Below are positions 33,587-42,392 of a DNA stretch of 64,000 nt, in pieces. The DNA is from an uncultured Christensenella sp. (GTDB lineage Bacteria; Bacillota; Clostridia; Christensenellales; DTU072). Where the stretch lies: NCBI GenBank assembly GCA_964418255.1, contig CAYQKV010000004.1, positions 95,944 through 159,943 of the forward strand. Direction: 5' to 3'. The position numbers were made by a program, and so were the translations under genes. Every line of letters begins with the position of its first letter. The stretch's first letter is position 1. The notes beneath the pieces were generated by a model, which saw nothing but the letters and a program-made list of their open reading frames with translations, was not told the DNA's origin and did no database searches.

Positions 33587-33928
33587 ATGGTAAAACGGGG
33601 AGAAATTTATTATGCGGATTTAAGCCCGGTAGTAGGCAGCGAGCAAGGCGGAGTTCGCCCTGTTCTCGTCATTCAGAACGACGTCGGCAACCGCTATTCG
33701 CCTACGGTAATCGCCGCCGCAATCACTTCTCAACTCAACAAAGCCCGTCTTCCCACGCACATAGAACTCGACACCACCACGGGTCTTCCCCGCGACAGCG
33801 TGGTTCTCACCGAACAGCTCCGCACCCTCGACAAGCAGCGTCTCAAAGACAAAATAGGCGCGCTTTCTCCCGAAGCTATGCACAAAGTAAACAACGCTTT
33901 AATGGTTAGTTTGGGATTCTTTAATTAG
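33587..33928 (+). CDS. mazF: MazF/EndoA-type mRNA interferase toxin
   Basis: The N-terminal half is near-identical to my recollection of Bacillus subtilis EndoA (NdoA): [46 protein letters not shown] precedes the start. Confidence 0.9.
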   Translation: MVKRGEIYYADLSPVVGSEQGGVRPVLVIQNDVGNRYSPTVIAAAITSQLNKARLPTHIELDTTTGLPRDSVVLTEQLRTLDKQRLKDKIGALSPEAMHKVNNALMVSLGFFN

Positions 33929-33946
33929 ATTTACGGTTGCCGTAAA

Positions 33947-34621
33947 TTAGAATATTTTACAAATATCTTTCCAACTGTGCGCGACGTAATCAATCTTTAA
34001 GTCGGGCATAGGTTGGTTTTTGAAATTACACCAGACGGTTTTCAAGCCCGCGTTTATTCCGCCTTTTATATCGCTTGTAAGGGAATCTCCTATGCACGCG
34101 GTGCTCTCTTTATCCGCGCCGCTTTGTTTAAGGCAGTACTCGAAATATTCTTTCTGCGGTTTGGCGTAGCCGATGAGTTCGGAGATAAAGACGCCTTTGA
34201 CGAATTTATCAAGTCCGCTTAATTTAATTCTGTTTCTCTGCGTATCGCCGTGTCCGTTGGTAGTAATAAAGACGTCGTATTTTTTCGAGAGGTACTCTAC
34301 TCCCTCTTTCGCCCCGTCCCACCAGAACGCCTGATTCCCGAGCCTAATTTGGTATTCGTCTTCCGTTTTATAGACGTCCCCGCATATCCCCGAGCGGTCG
34401 AAAAATTCATAAAAACGGTCGTAAATCAGTTTTTCTTTAACCGTTTCGCCCCGTTCGAGCATTTTCCAGTATTTTATGTTTATCTTGTCGTAGAGGTCGT
34501 AAAGTTCGTCGTCGAACGGATAGCCCAGCGTTTCGAACGCGCCTTTAAGGGCGGCTTTCTGCGCCGCGTCGAAGTCGAAAACCGTATCGTCCGCGTCAAG
34601 AAACAGTGTTTTTATCATCAA
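33947..34621 (-). CDS. HAD-superfamily hydrolase (YjjG-like nucleotidase type)
   Basis: Motif I is LFLDADDTVFDF. The sequence also contains ...TNG... and ...IGDSLTSDIKGG. Confidence 0.8.
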   Translation of the reverse strand: MMIKTLFLDADDTVFDFDAAQKAALKGAFETLGYPFDDELYDLYDKINIKYWKMLERGETVKEKLIYDRFYEFFDRSGICGDVYKTEDEYQIRLGNQAFWWDGAKEGVEYLSKKYDVFITTNGHGDTQRNRIKLSGLDKFVKGVFISELIGYAKPQKEYFEYCLKQSGADKESTACIGDSLTSDIKGGINAGLKTVWCNFKNQPMPDLKIDYVAHSWKDICKIF

Positions 34622-36012
34622 TATTCCCTCTCGTAGTAGTACTTTTCCGTATCTTCCCCTGTCTTTCTCATCAGTTCGCCGTGCATTTTGACGCTCGGCG
34701 TATTTTCTTTATAACACGAAGACAGCACTTTTTTTATTCCCAGTCCGTACAGCGCGAAATCCACGGTTCTCGCAAACGCTTCTTTTCCGTATCCTTTTCC
34801 CGCGTATTCTTTGAAAATTCTCACTCCTACTTTACATTCACCGCGGTAATCGAAGTCGTAAATCACGGTTTCTCCGATAAAAATTCCGTCCTTTCTGACC
34901 GCGAAGTTTACCGCCGTTTTATTTTTGAAATCATTCTTCGCCACGTCGTAGAAATACTCTTTATACAGTTCGCCTTCGAGGTCGTTTTTGTAGTCGTAAC
35001 CCCAGTACTTATTGAGTTCTTCGTCTACGCACAGTCTGTAATATTCGTCGGTTTCCTCTTTTTTTATCCTGCCGAACGTAAGCCTTTCGCTCTTCAATTC
35101 GGGAATTCTTTTCAGTCGCGCCGCTTCGGTTTGCACCGTCATCAGGAATTCGGGTTCGAGCTTTAACGGATGATACTGCATTTTGGATATTCTCAGTCCC
35201 TCGCTCGCGGCGTCGTCTTCCCTGTTTATGTATTTCGTTCCGCACGCGGCGGCGTATTCTTTTACCATAAACACATTTACGCCTTCGTACCTGTGCAAGG
35301 CTTTTTCTATATGAATAATCGTCGTATCGAACGCTTTTTCTCCTAAACAGAACGCTATAATCTTTCCGTCAACCTCGACGCAAGCTGTATTATAATAGTC
35401 AAAATCGGCTGTTTTTAATAATTTAACCGCTTTTTTATACTCGTCTTCCGCGTCTTTGGATTTGTCGGGCAATACGGTTTCTTCCCATTCTTTCAAAAAA
35501 GCGAACAGTTTTTCTCTGTCGTCGTTTGTGATTTTTCGATAAAAAGCATTCGGATAAGCGGAAACGAATTTATTTATATGGTTTCTCTGCCCCGCGAACT
35601 TCTTTCCTCTGAAAGTCGCGGTTTCTTCCGCGAGATAGATATAGTCGCGGTAATTTCTGTCGTTTACGCAGGAAAAGAGCGAATACCTTGCCGCAAGCAA
35701 GGCTGTTTGTTCTGTGTTAAGGCAACAGAATTTGAGCGGTATTCCGTTTTTTACGCAATAATCTTCGATTTTTTCCAAAGCGGCGTATTCGTCGCCGTTC
35801 TCGCCTTTCAGCGGAAAATCGAACGCGGTTCCCCAAAATTCCGATTCGTTTTTGATTATCAGACAACCGCACGCTATCGCGTATGACGCGCCGAAGCCTT
35901 CCCACATTCTTTTGCAAGTAACCGTTTTATCGCATATGCACACGCCTTCGCCCCGATAAAACCGTTCGAAAAACTCCGTTGGTTTTGCGTCGATTGAAAC
36001 AAATTCCAGCAT
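34618..36012 (-). CDS. Two-domain protein: DUF2156 (lysyl-PG-synthase C-terminal-like) plus a GNAT acetyltransferase
   Basis: The N-terminal half contains GKKFAGQRNHINKF. The C-terminal 170 aa are RimJ/RimL-like (GVRIFKEYAGKGYGKEAF). Confidence 0.65.
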   Translation of the reverse strand: MLEFVSIDAKPTEFFERFYRGEGVCICDKTVTCKRMWEGFGASYAIACGCLIIKNESEFWGTAFDFPLKGENGDEYAALEKIEDYCVKNGIPLKFCCLNTEQTALLAARYSLFSCVNDRNYRDYIYLAEETATFRGKKFAGQRNHINKFVSAYPNAFYRKITNDDREKLFAFLKEWEETVLPDKSKDAEDEYKKAVKLLKTADFDYYNTACVEVDGKIIAFCLGEKAFDTTIIHIEKALHRYEGVNVFMVKEYAAACGTKYINREDDAASEGLRISKMQYHPLKLEPEFLMTVQTEAARLKRIPELKSERLTFGRIKKEETDEYYRLCVDEELNKYWGYDYKNDLEGELYKEYFYDVAKNDFKNKTAVNFAVRKDGIFIGETVIYDFDYRGECKVGVRIFKEYAGKGYGKEAFARTVDFALYGLGIKKVLSSCYKENTPSVKMHGELMRKTGEDTEKYYYEREY

Positions 36013-36078
36013 ATTTTTTTGCTCCGTAGTTTTTTCTCTTGTTTATTTTTTATGTTTTATTTATTCTTTCGTATTTTA

Positions 36079-37449
36079 TTAAATCATTTTTTCGGGCATT
36101 ACGATGCGGTCGAATTCTTCTCCCGTAAGGAACCCGAGTTCTACGCACGCTTCGCGCAACGAGCACCCGTTGTCGAACGCGGTATTCGCCACTTTTGCCG
36201 CTCTTTCATACCCGATATAGTCGTTGAGCGCGGTGACGAGCATAAGACTACTGCCCACGTTTTGTTTCATTTTTTCTTCGTTTGCTTCTATTCCGTCCAC
36301 GCATTTGGTCGCGAAACTGTTCATCACGTCGGTAAGCAGTCGCACCGATTGCAGGAAATTATAGATAATGACGGGCATAAACACGTTGAGTTCGAAGTTG
36401 CCCTGGCTTGCCGCGAAACTTATCGCCGCGTCGTTCGCCATTACCTGTACCGCCACCATAGTGACGGCTTCGCACTGCGTCGGGTTGACTTTTCCGGGCA
36501 TAATCGAACTTCCGGGTTCGTTTGCGGGCAATCTGATTTCTCCCAGTCCGCAACGCGGTCCGCTTGCAAGCAATCTTATGTCGTTTGCGACTTTCATAAG
36601 GTTTGCGGCGAGCGCTTTCAACGCTCCGTGCGTAACAACGAGTTCGTCTTTCGCCGAAAGGGAATGGAATTTATTCTCCGCGCTGTAAAAAGCGTTGTTT
36701 GTAAAGCTGTTTATTATATTGACCGCGGTAACCGCGAAATTTTTCGGCGCGTTCAATCCCGTGCCTACCGCCGTGCCGCCGAGGGCGAGTCCTCTCAACG
36801 CGCCCATACTGAGTTTCAGCGCGGCAATCGGGCTTTCCACCGCCGCTTTCCATCCGTCGATTTCCTGTGAAAACGCTATAGGCGTGGCGTCCTGCAAATG
36901 CGTTCTGCCTATCTTTATCACGCCTTCGTATTTCTTTGCGAGCCTCTCGAAACTCTTTACCAGTTTTTCCGCCGCAGGCATAAGTTTGTTGTCGATTGCA
37001 AGTACCGCGGCTATGTGCATCGCCGTGGGAAAAATATCGTTCGAGCTCTGACTCATATTGACGTCGTCGTTGGGATGAAGCAATCTCTTCCCTACGCGTT
37101 GATTCGCTCTGTTTGCGATAACTTCGTTTACGTTCATATTCGTCTGCGTTCCGCTCCCCGTCTGCCACACTTTGAGCGGGAAATGCGAATCCAGCCTGTT
37201 TTCTATTATTTCGTCGCAAACGTGAGAAATCTCTCCCGCCTTTTCCGAAGTCATCTTCTCGGGTCTCAGGGTTCTGTTTACAAACGCGCACGCCTTTTTA
37301 ATATAGGCAAGCGCCTTGATAACGTCCATAGGCATACTCTCTTCGCCTATGTTGAAATTTATCAGACTTCTCTGCGTTTGTGCTCCCCACATCGCTTCTT
37401 TGGGAACCATAATTTCCCCCATAGAGTCTCTTTCATAACGATATTCCAT
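36079..37449 (-). CDS. fumC: Class II fumarate hydratase
   Basis: The signature [16 protein letters not shown] is of the fumarase type rather than the aspartase type. Confidence 0.85.
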   Translation of the reverse strand: MEYRYERDSMGEIMVPKEAMWGAQTQRSLINFNIGEESMPMDVIKALAYIKKACAFVNRTLRPEKMTSEKAGEISHVCDEIIENRLDSHFPLKVWQTGSGTQTNMNVNEVIANRANQRVGKRLLHPNDDVNMSQSSNDIFPTAMHIAAVLAIDNKLMPAAEKLVKSFERLAKKYEGVIKIGRTHLQDATPIAFSQEIDGWKAAVESPIAALKLSMGALRGLALGGTAVGTGLNAPKNFAVTAVNIINSFTNNAFYSAENKFHSLSAKDELVVTHGALKALAANLMKVANDIRLLASGPRCGLGEIRLPANEPGSSIMPGKVNPTQCEAVTMVAVQVMANDAAISFAASQGNFELNVFMPVIIYNFLQSVRLLTDVMNSFATKCVDGIEANEEKMKQNVGSSLMLVTALNDYIGYERAAKVANTAFDNGCSLREACVELGFLTGEEFDRIVMPEKMI

Positions 37450-37491
37450 TTCTTTTCTCCTATATAAAAGCCGTGCTTATTATCCTTTATA

Positions 37492-38901
37492 TTATCTGTT
37501 TTTCAAATACCCGTCGATTGCTTCCGCGGCGGTTTTTCCCGCGCCCATCGCGCTTATCACCGTTGCCGCGCCGGTTACCGCGTCTCCGCCGGCGTAAACG
37601 CCCTCTATGCTCGTCAAGTTGTTTTCGTCCACTACGATACAACCTTTCGCATTGAAATCGAGTTTTTCCGAAGTGTTTTTTATAAGCGGATTCGGGGTCG
37701 TCCCTATCGCGACGATAAAGCAGTCCGCCTCTATCGTAACGAATTCGCCCGAAGGCACGGGTTTCGCTCTGCCGCTTGCGTCCGCTTCGCCGAGGTTCAT
37801 TTTTTCGCATTTAACAGCCTTTACCCAGCCGTTTTCGTCCCCTATCGCTTCGACAGGACTTGCAAGCATAAGGAATTTTACGCCCTCTTCTTTCGCGTTT
37901 TCCACTTCCTCTTTTCTCGCGGGCAGTTCGTTTTCCGTTCTACGGTATACGATTGTCACTTCCGCGCCGAGTCTTCTTGCCGAACGCGCCGAGTCCATAG
38001 CGACGTTCCCGCCGCCGACTACGACTACTTTTTTCGGGATATAAAGCGGCGTTTTCGCGCCGTTTTCATACGCTTTCATCAAATTTATTCTCGTAAGAAA
38101 CTCGTTGCTCGAATACACTCCGCATAGGTTTTCCCCTTTTATTTTCATAAAAAGCGGAAGTCCCGCTCCCGTTCCGATAAAAACGGCTTCGTATTCGTCG
38201 CAGATTTCCGCAAGGGTGAGCGTTTTGCCGATAACGGTATCCGTCATCATTTTTACGCCCATTTCTTTAAGTCCGTCCACTTCGGTTTTCAATATTTTTT
38301 TCGGCAGTCTGAACTCGGGAATTCCGTAAGCGAGCACGCCGCCCGCCGTGTGCAACGCCTCGAACACCGTCACATCGTACCCTTTTTTCGCAAGCGCGCC
38401 CGCACAGGTAAGTCCCGACGGACCGCTTCCGACTACCGCGACTTTTTTGCCGTTTTTTATCGCTTTTTCTTCGTTTTCGACGTCGTTCTGCGCACTGCTT
38501 TCTTTACTAAGTACTTTATGCGCGTTATGGAAATCGGCGACGAACCGTTCAAGTCTGCCAATGCCTACCGGTTCGCCTTTAATCCCTCTCACGCATTTCC
38601 CTTCGCATTGCGTTTCCTGCGGGCACACTCTTCCGCAGACTGCGGGAAGCGCGTTGGTTTGCGTTATGATTTCATACGCTTCTTCAAATTTTCCCTCGGC
38701 TACTTTTGCGAGAAAATCCGGAATTTTAACCCCTACGGGGCAACCCGCGGTGCACGGGCGGTGTTTACAGTGAAGACATCTTTTCGCTTCGTCGATTGCC
38801 TGTTCTTCGGTATAGCCGAGCGCGACCTCGTCGAAGTTTTTCGTCCTTTCAAGCGGGCTTTGGCACGGCATTTCGTTCTTTTTCGGCGACATATTAGGCA
38901 T
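37492..38901 (-). CDS. nfnB: NADPH-dependent glutamate-synthase small-chain-like oxidoreductase (NfnB-type)
   Basis: N-terminal Fe-S cysteine motifs CLHCKHRPC...GCP and CGRVCPQETQCEGKC are present, together with two Rossmann folds (VAVVGSGPSGL, VVVVGGGNVAMD). Confidence 0.75.
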   Translation of the reverse strand: MPNMSPKKNEMPCQSPLERTKNFDEVALGYTEEQAIDEAKRCLHCKHRPCTAGCPVGVKIPDFLAKVAEGKFEEAYEIITQTNALPAVCGRVCPQETQCEGKCVRGIKGEPVGIGRLERFVADFHNAHKVLSKESSAQNDVENEEKAIKNGKKVAVVGSGPSGLTCAGALAKKGYDVTVFEALHTAGGVLAYGIPEFRLPKKILKTEVDGLKEMGVKMMTDTVIGKTLTLAEICDEYEAVFIGTGAGLPLFMKIKGENLCGVYSSNEFLTRINLMKAYENGAKTPLYIPKKVVVVGGGNVAMDSARSARRLGAEVTIVYRRTENELPARKEEVENAKEEGVKFLMLASPVEAIGDENGWVKAVKCEKMNLGEADASGRAKPVPSGEFVTIEADCFIVAIGTTPNPLIKNTSEKLDFNAKGCIVVDENNLTSIEGVYAGGDAVTGAATVISAMGAGKTAAEAIDGYLKNR

Positions 38902-38903
38902 TT

Positions 38904-39743
38904 TTACCTGACCTCCTTAAAAAGGTTGCACGCCTTTTCGTATTCTCTTTTTTCCTGTTGTTTGTAACTTTTCGAACGCGTTATACATTCGTCGAAATCG
39001 ACGAGATGCCCGTCGAACTCGGGTCCGTCCACGCAGGCGAATTTCGTCTCGCCCCCTACGGTAAGCCGACAGCCGCCGCACATACCCGTTCCGTCAATCA
39101 TAATCGGGTTCATACTGACAAGCGTCTTTATTCCGTAGCGTTTGGTTAGTTGCGAAACGAATTTCATCATAATAATCGGACCGAAAACGTAAACGCAATC
39201 GTAGCGGTTTCCGCTTTCGATAAGAGAAGCGAGCGCGTCGGTAACAAGCCCTTTTTCCCCGTCGCTTCCGTCATCCGTCATCAGTTTGAAAACTGCGCAC
39301 GTTTTATCGAATTTTTCTTTCAATATAACGAGCGATTTGTTTCTGAACCCCGCTATTCCGTGGACTTCCGCGCCGCTTAAAGCGAGTTTTTTCGCGACGG
39401 GATACGCTATTGCGCACCCTACGCCGCCGCCTATAACCGCGACTTTCTTAAACCCTTCCGTCTCCGTCGCTTTGCCGAGCGGTCCGACTATGTCGGGAAC
39501 AAATTCCCCTACGCCAAGCGAAGACAACTTCAAAGTCGTCGCCCCTACCGTCTGAAAAATCAACGTCACCGTTCCGCCAACCCTGTCGAAATCGGCTATC
39601 GTAAGAGGAATTCTTTCCCCGTCCTCTTCCGCCCGAAGAATAACGAAATTCCCCGGTTCCGCTTTCGCCGCAATCAGCGGCGCGTCGATAACTATTTCCG
39701 TAACCGTCGGGTTCAATACGGTTTTTTTAACAATACGATTCAT
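38904..39743 (-). CDS. nfnA: Ferredoxin-NADP reductase-like FAD/2Fe-2S subunit (NfnA-type)
   Basis: 279 aa. The flavin-binding region is RIPLTIADFD. The C-terminal cluster is CGGCRLTVGGETKFACVDGPEF. It sits directly upstream of the NfnB-type gene. Confidence 0.7.
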   Translation of the reverse strand: MNRIVKKTVLNPTVTEIVIDAPLIAAKAEPGNFVILRAEEDGERIPLTIADFDRVGGTVTLIFQTVGATTLKLSSLGVGEFVPDIVGPLGKATETEGFKKVAVIGGGVGCAIAYPVAKKLALSGAEVHGIAGFRNKSLVILKEKFDKTCAVFKLMTDDGSDGEKGLVTDALASLIESGNRYDCVYVFGPIIMMKFVSQLTKRYGIKTLVSMNPIMIDGTGMCGGCRLTVGGETKFACVDGPEFDGHLVDFDECITRSKSYKQQEKREYEKACNLFKEVR

Positions 39744-39809
39744 TCCGAACTTCCTTTTTTAATCGCGCTTTCTTGCGCGCGAGATTATATTTAATAAAAT
39801 AATTTATTT

Positions 39810-39839
39810 ATTATATCTTTTTTATACCGCGTCTGTCAA
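39810..39839 (-). promoter_or_regulatory. Candidate promoter of the nfnAB-like operon
   Basis: On the minus strand: TTGACA (39834-39839), 18-nt spacer, TATAAT (39810-39815). Confidence 0.45.
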
Positions 39840-39935
39840 ACAAAAACGCTTTCCGATACGGACATATTGCGCCTTTTTGCAAGTATAAAAACGGAAACCG
39901 TTAAAACGTTCCTATGCGGTATTGCTTGCATAAAA

Positions 39936-39977
39936 ACAAAAAAGGTAACCTTTATTTTCTGTAAGGTTACCTTTTAT
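39936..39977 (-). terminator. Intrinsic terminator after the M23 peptidase gene
   Basis: Perfect 11-bp stem aaggtaacctt (39942-39952) / aaggttacctt (39963-39973). A U-tract follows on the minus strand. Confidence 0.8.
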
Positions 39978-39999
39978 CGGTTTTCGACTTTATAAAATA

Positions 40000-40716
40000 T
40001 TATTTGTTTTCCGTAATGGTAAGGTAAGCGTCGGGATTTATTATTTCGCCGTTTTCCAGTACCGAGAAGTGCACGTGCGCTCCGAGGGTATATTCCGCGG
40101 TAGCGGTCGTACCCATCGTTCCGATAACTCCGCCCTGTTTTACGGTCTGTCCTACCGTTACTACGGGCTCGTTGAGGGAAGAATAAACCGTGGAAAGCGT
40201 ATCGCTGTGTTTAATGGTAACGGTGTTGCCGTTGAGCACGTCGTAGCTTACGTCTACCACTACTCCGTCGTATGCCGCGCAGACGTTGTCTCCGTCCGCT
40301 CCGCCGAAGTCTATTCCGTTATGCACCGCGTAGTGTTTGAGCGTGGAATTCCACACGAGGCTGTCCATACTGTAACCCTGAATAACGTTGACGCTGTTTA
40401 CTGGCGCGGCAAACACGATTGCTATGGGCGCGGGGTTGTCGTCGTCGCCGGGGTTTACCGTCGGATTATCGTCGTCGCCGGGGTTTACCGTGGGATTGTC
40501 GTTGTCGCCGTTGTTTCCGTCGTCCGGGTTGTCGGGTTTTATTACGGGATTGTCGGGAGTGAGGTCGTCGGGCTGTTTACCGATTACGCCGTTATTGATA
40601 AGAACGGTAACGGTAACCATTGCGGCGATTGCAAGCAGGCAGACCGCCATTATAATGTAATATACGTTCTTTTTGAAGAAATTTTTAGTTTTCTGAGATG
40701 ATTGCTTCTTTTCCAT
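40000..40716 (-). CDS. M23/LytM-family peptidoglycan endopeptidase with N-terminal TM anchor and a proline/aspartate-rich linker
   Basis: The catalytic motifs HNGIDFGG and HVHFSV are present. The TM segment is VYYIIMAVCLLAIAAMVTVTVLI. The linker contains NPTVNPGDDD twice. Confidence 0.85.
   Translation of the reverse strand: MEKKQSSQKTKNFFKKNVYYIIMAVCLLAIAAMVTVTVLINNGVIGKQPDDLTPDNPVIKPDNPDDGNNGDNDNPTVNPGDDDNPTVNPGDDDNPAPIAIVFAAPVNSVNVIQGYSMDSLVWNSTLKHYAVHNGIDFGGADGDNVCAAYDGVVVDVSYDVLNGNTVTIKHSDTLSTVYSSLNEPVVTVGQTVKQGGVIGTMGTTATAEYTLGAHVHFSVLENGEIINPDAYLTITENK
40436..40525. repeat. In-frame 30-bp tandem repeat (two good copies plus one degenerate) inside the M23 linker
   Basis: ttgtcgtcgtcgccggggtttaccgtcgga / ttatcgtcgtcgccggggtttaccgtggga / ttgtcgttgtcgccgttgtttccgtcgtcc. 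Confidence 0.8.
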
Positions 40717-40876
40717 AAATTTACCTCCGTTTAGTCATCATCGTTTTCGGTAAGATTATGGACGGATTTTTTTTCCTTATACCTTTTTGTGAAAAATTTA
40801 TTTCTCTCCCCATTTCCCTCGTGCGCGTGCGCGTTTTGGCGTCATAAAACACGCTTTTAAGCGTATTCATAATATA

Positions 40877-41848
40877 ATGAAACGCAAGCTATTCACCGCG
40901 CGCAACCTGACCGTCGCTTTCGTCTGCATTTTGCTTATTATTCTCATCGCAAAAACCGACGTTTATCTTCAATCGGTGAAAAACGGACTTAATCTCTACG
41001 TTACCGCCGTTCTTCCCTCTATGCTTCCGTTCTTTTTCTTTTCGAAACTCCTCACCGAACTCGATTTCGCTTCCGACGCGGGAAAACTCCTTCGCTCGCC
41101 TTTACGCAAACTCTATGCCGCGCCGCCCGTCGGGGGTTACGTTCTTATTATGAGTATGCTCTGCGGCTACCCCGTCGGGGCAAAACTCATCGGCGAACTT
41201 TACAGCGGCGGCATAATAAACGAAAAAGAAGGTAGAAAAATTGCCGCGTTCACTTCGACAAGCGGACCACTTTTCATCGTCGGCACGGTCGGCGTAAGTA
41301 TGTTCGGAAACAAAACCTACGGGTTCGCCCTTCTTATCTCCCATTACCTCGGCGCGCTTCTAAACGGTTTATTATACCGCGGAAAAACCCCTTCTTCCGT
41401 CAATCCTGCTCCCGTTCCGTCAACCGAAAAAGCCGAGGATATACTTAACAAATCAATGCTCAACACTTTTCTTAGCGTTGGCATTGTCGGCGGCTATATC
41501 ACGATTTTTAACCTGCTGCTCGACGTATGTACGAATACCGGACTCATTCCTCTCATTTCTCGCGCAATGGAAAATCTCGGAGTAAACGGCAGGATAACTT
41601 CGGGAGTGGCGGGCGGGTTTATCGAAATGACCAAAGGCTGTCTCCTGCTGTCCTGCTCGGGTTTTCCTATCCTTGTCACCCTTCCCCTCTGTTCGTTCCT
41701 CATCGCCTTCGGCGGACTCAGCGTGACTTTCCAAAGCCTTACGTTCCTTTCGGGCATAAAAATTTCCCCCGCTTACTACTTGCTCACCAAGTTTACCCAA
41801 GGCTTACTCTCCGCCGCCGTTTGCTTGCCGCTATGCTTTTTATTGTAA
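40877..41848 (+). CDS. ylbJ: YlbJ-like sporulation integral membrane protein (nucleoside-recognition-domain type)
   Basis: 323-aa polytopic membrane protein. It is positioned next to rsmD/coaD, as ylbJ is next to ylbH-ylbI in Bacillus. The family call is from memory. Confidence 0.6.
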   Translation: MKRKLFTARNLTVAFVCILLIILIAKTDVYLQSVKNGLNLYVTAVLPSMLPFFFFSKLLTELDFASDAGKLLRSPLRKLYAAPPVGGYVLIMSMLCGYPVGAKLIGELYSGGIINEKEGRKIAAFTSTSGPLFIVGTVGVSMFGNKTYGFALLISHYLGALLNGLLYRGKTPSSVNPAPVPSTEKAEDILNKSMLNTFLSVGIVGGYITIFNLLLDVCTNTGLIPLISRAMENLGVNGRITSGVAGGFIEMTKGCLLLSCSGFPILVTLPLCSFLIAFGGLSVTFQSLTFLSGIKISPAYYLLTKFTQGLLSAAVCLPLCFLL

Positions 41849-41863
41849 TATAAAATAGCGTGC

Positions 41864-42008
41864 GAGGGAGAAAACCTTTTTAAGCAAAAAGTTTCCTCTC
41901 CCTCGCGCTCCCTTTTTACAAAAACTTTGTTAAATGTAGATACGAGAGGGGAAACCTTTTTAGGCAAAAAGTTTCTCCCCTCTCGTGCTCTCCCTTTACA
42001 AAAACTTT
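41864..42008. repeat. Two copies of an ~65-bp unit (80-bp period), each with a long imperfect hairpin
   Basis: Copy 1 hairpin: gagggagaaaacctttttaagcaaaaagtttcctctccctc (41864-41904). Copy 2 hairpin: gagaggggaaacctttttaggcaaaaagtttctcccctctc (41944-41984). Each is followed by g(c/t)gctc(t)ccctt(tt)tacaaaaacttt. Confidence 0.8.
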
Positions 42009-42154
42009 TATTGTATATTCTACTCTTTATCTCGTGAGTATTGTTTTATCACAAAAACAAGACATAACGGATATGAATTTTCGGCGCGAACGGGCAGGTA
42101 CCGAGAGCGCCGCCCATATGGGGTTCGAGCAAGGGGTAATCCCCTTGCGAACTT

Positions 42155-42183
42155 AAATGAAAAGAAAGTCGGTACGACTTTCT
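42155..42183 (-). terminator. Candidate minus-strand terminator distal to the palindromic units
   Basis: 9-bp stem agaaagtcg (42163-42171) / cgactttct (42175-42183), loop gta. On the minus strand it is followed by ttttcattt. Confidence 0.5.
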
Positions 42184-42392
42184 TCCTTATGAGTCCGACT
42201 TACACGGACTTAAATTTTATCGCACAAAGGCGATAGCCGACTGCGGTAAAATTCCGTGTAACGACTGGTCGGAATTGTTGTGTCATTTTGCTTCCTTGTA
42301 AGTCCGACTTGCGTGGATATAGATTTTATCGACACAAAGCTACGCGACTGTCGTAAAATCCCACGCAACGTTTGGTCGGAAACGTTGCTTAC
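42182..42392. repeat. Two tandem ~109-nt palindromic (extended-hairpin) elements
   Basis: Unit 1 spans 42182-42290 and unit 2 spans 42291-42392. Both begin cttcctt(a/g)t(g/a)agtccgactt. Stem arms differ between units in a compensatory way: TTACACGGA/TCCGTGTAA in unit 1 versus TTGCGTGG/CCACGCAA in unit 2. Confidence 0.85.

Noticed and set aside
33505-33909. A 134-aa ORF overlapping mazF in another frame.
   Set aside because: It is Arg/Ser/His-rich and low-complexity, and it overlaps a highly conserved mazF frame. It is not antitoxin-like.
42100-42150. A tRNA-like GGTTCGAG string followed by the GC hairpin gcaaggggtaatccccttgc in the repeat-rich gap.
   Set aside because: The flanks do not form a T-arm. 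No acceptor, D or anticodon stems can be drawn. It is probably just part of the structured intergenic sequence. The overlapping ORF 41985-42236 also looks spurious.
41985-42236. An 83-aa plus-strand ORF within the convergent intergenic gap.
   Set aside because: It runs through hairpins and repeat units, has no RBS, and its composition looks non-protein-like.
42182-42392. The possibility that the tandem units, or the 30-nt half-units at 5724-5777, form a CRISPR array.
   Set aside because: The units are contiguous with no spacers. There are only two copies, each about 109 nt long and internally palindromic. No cas genes are in the window.
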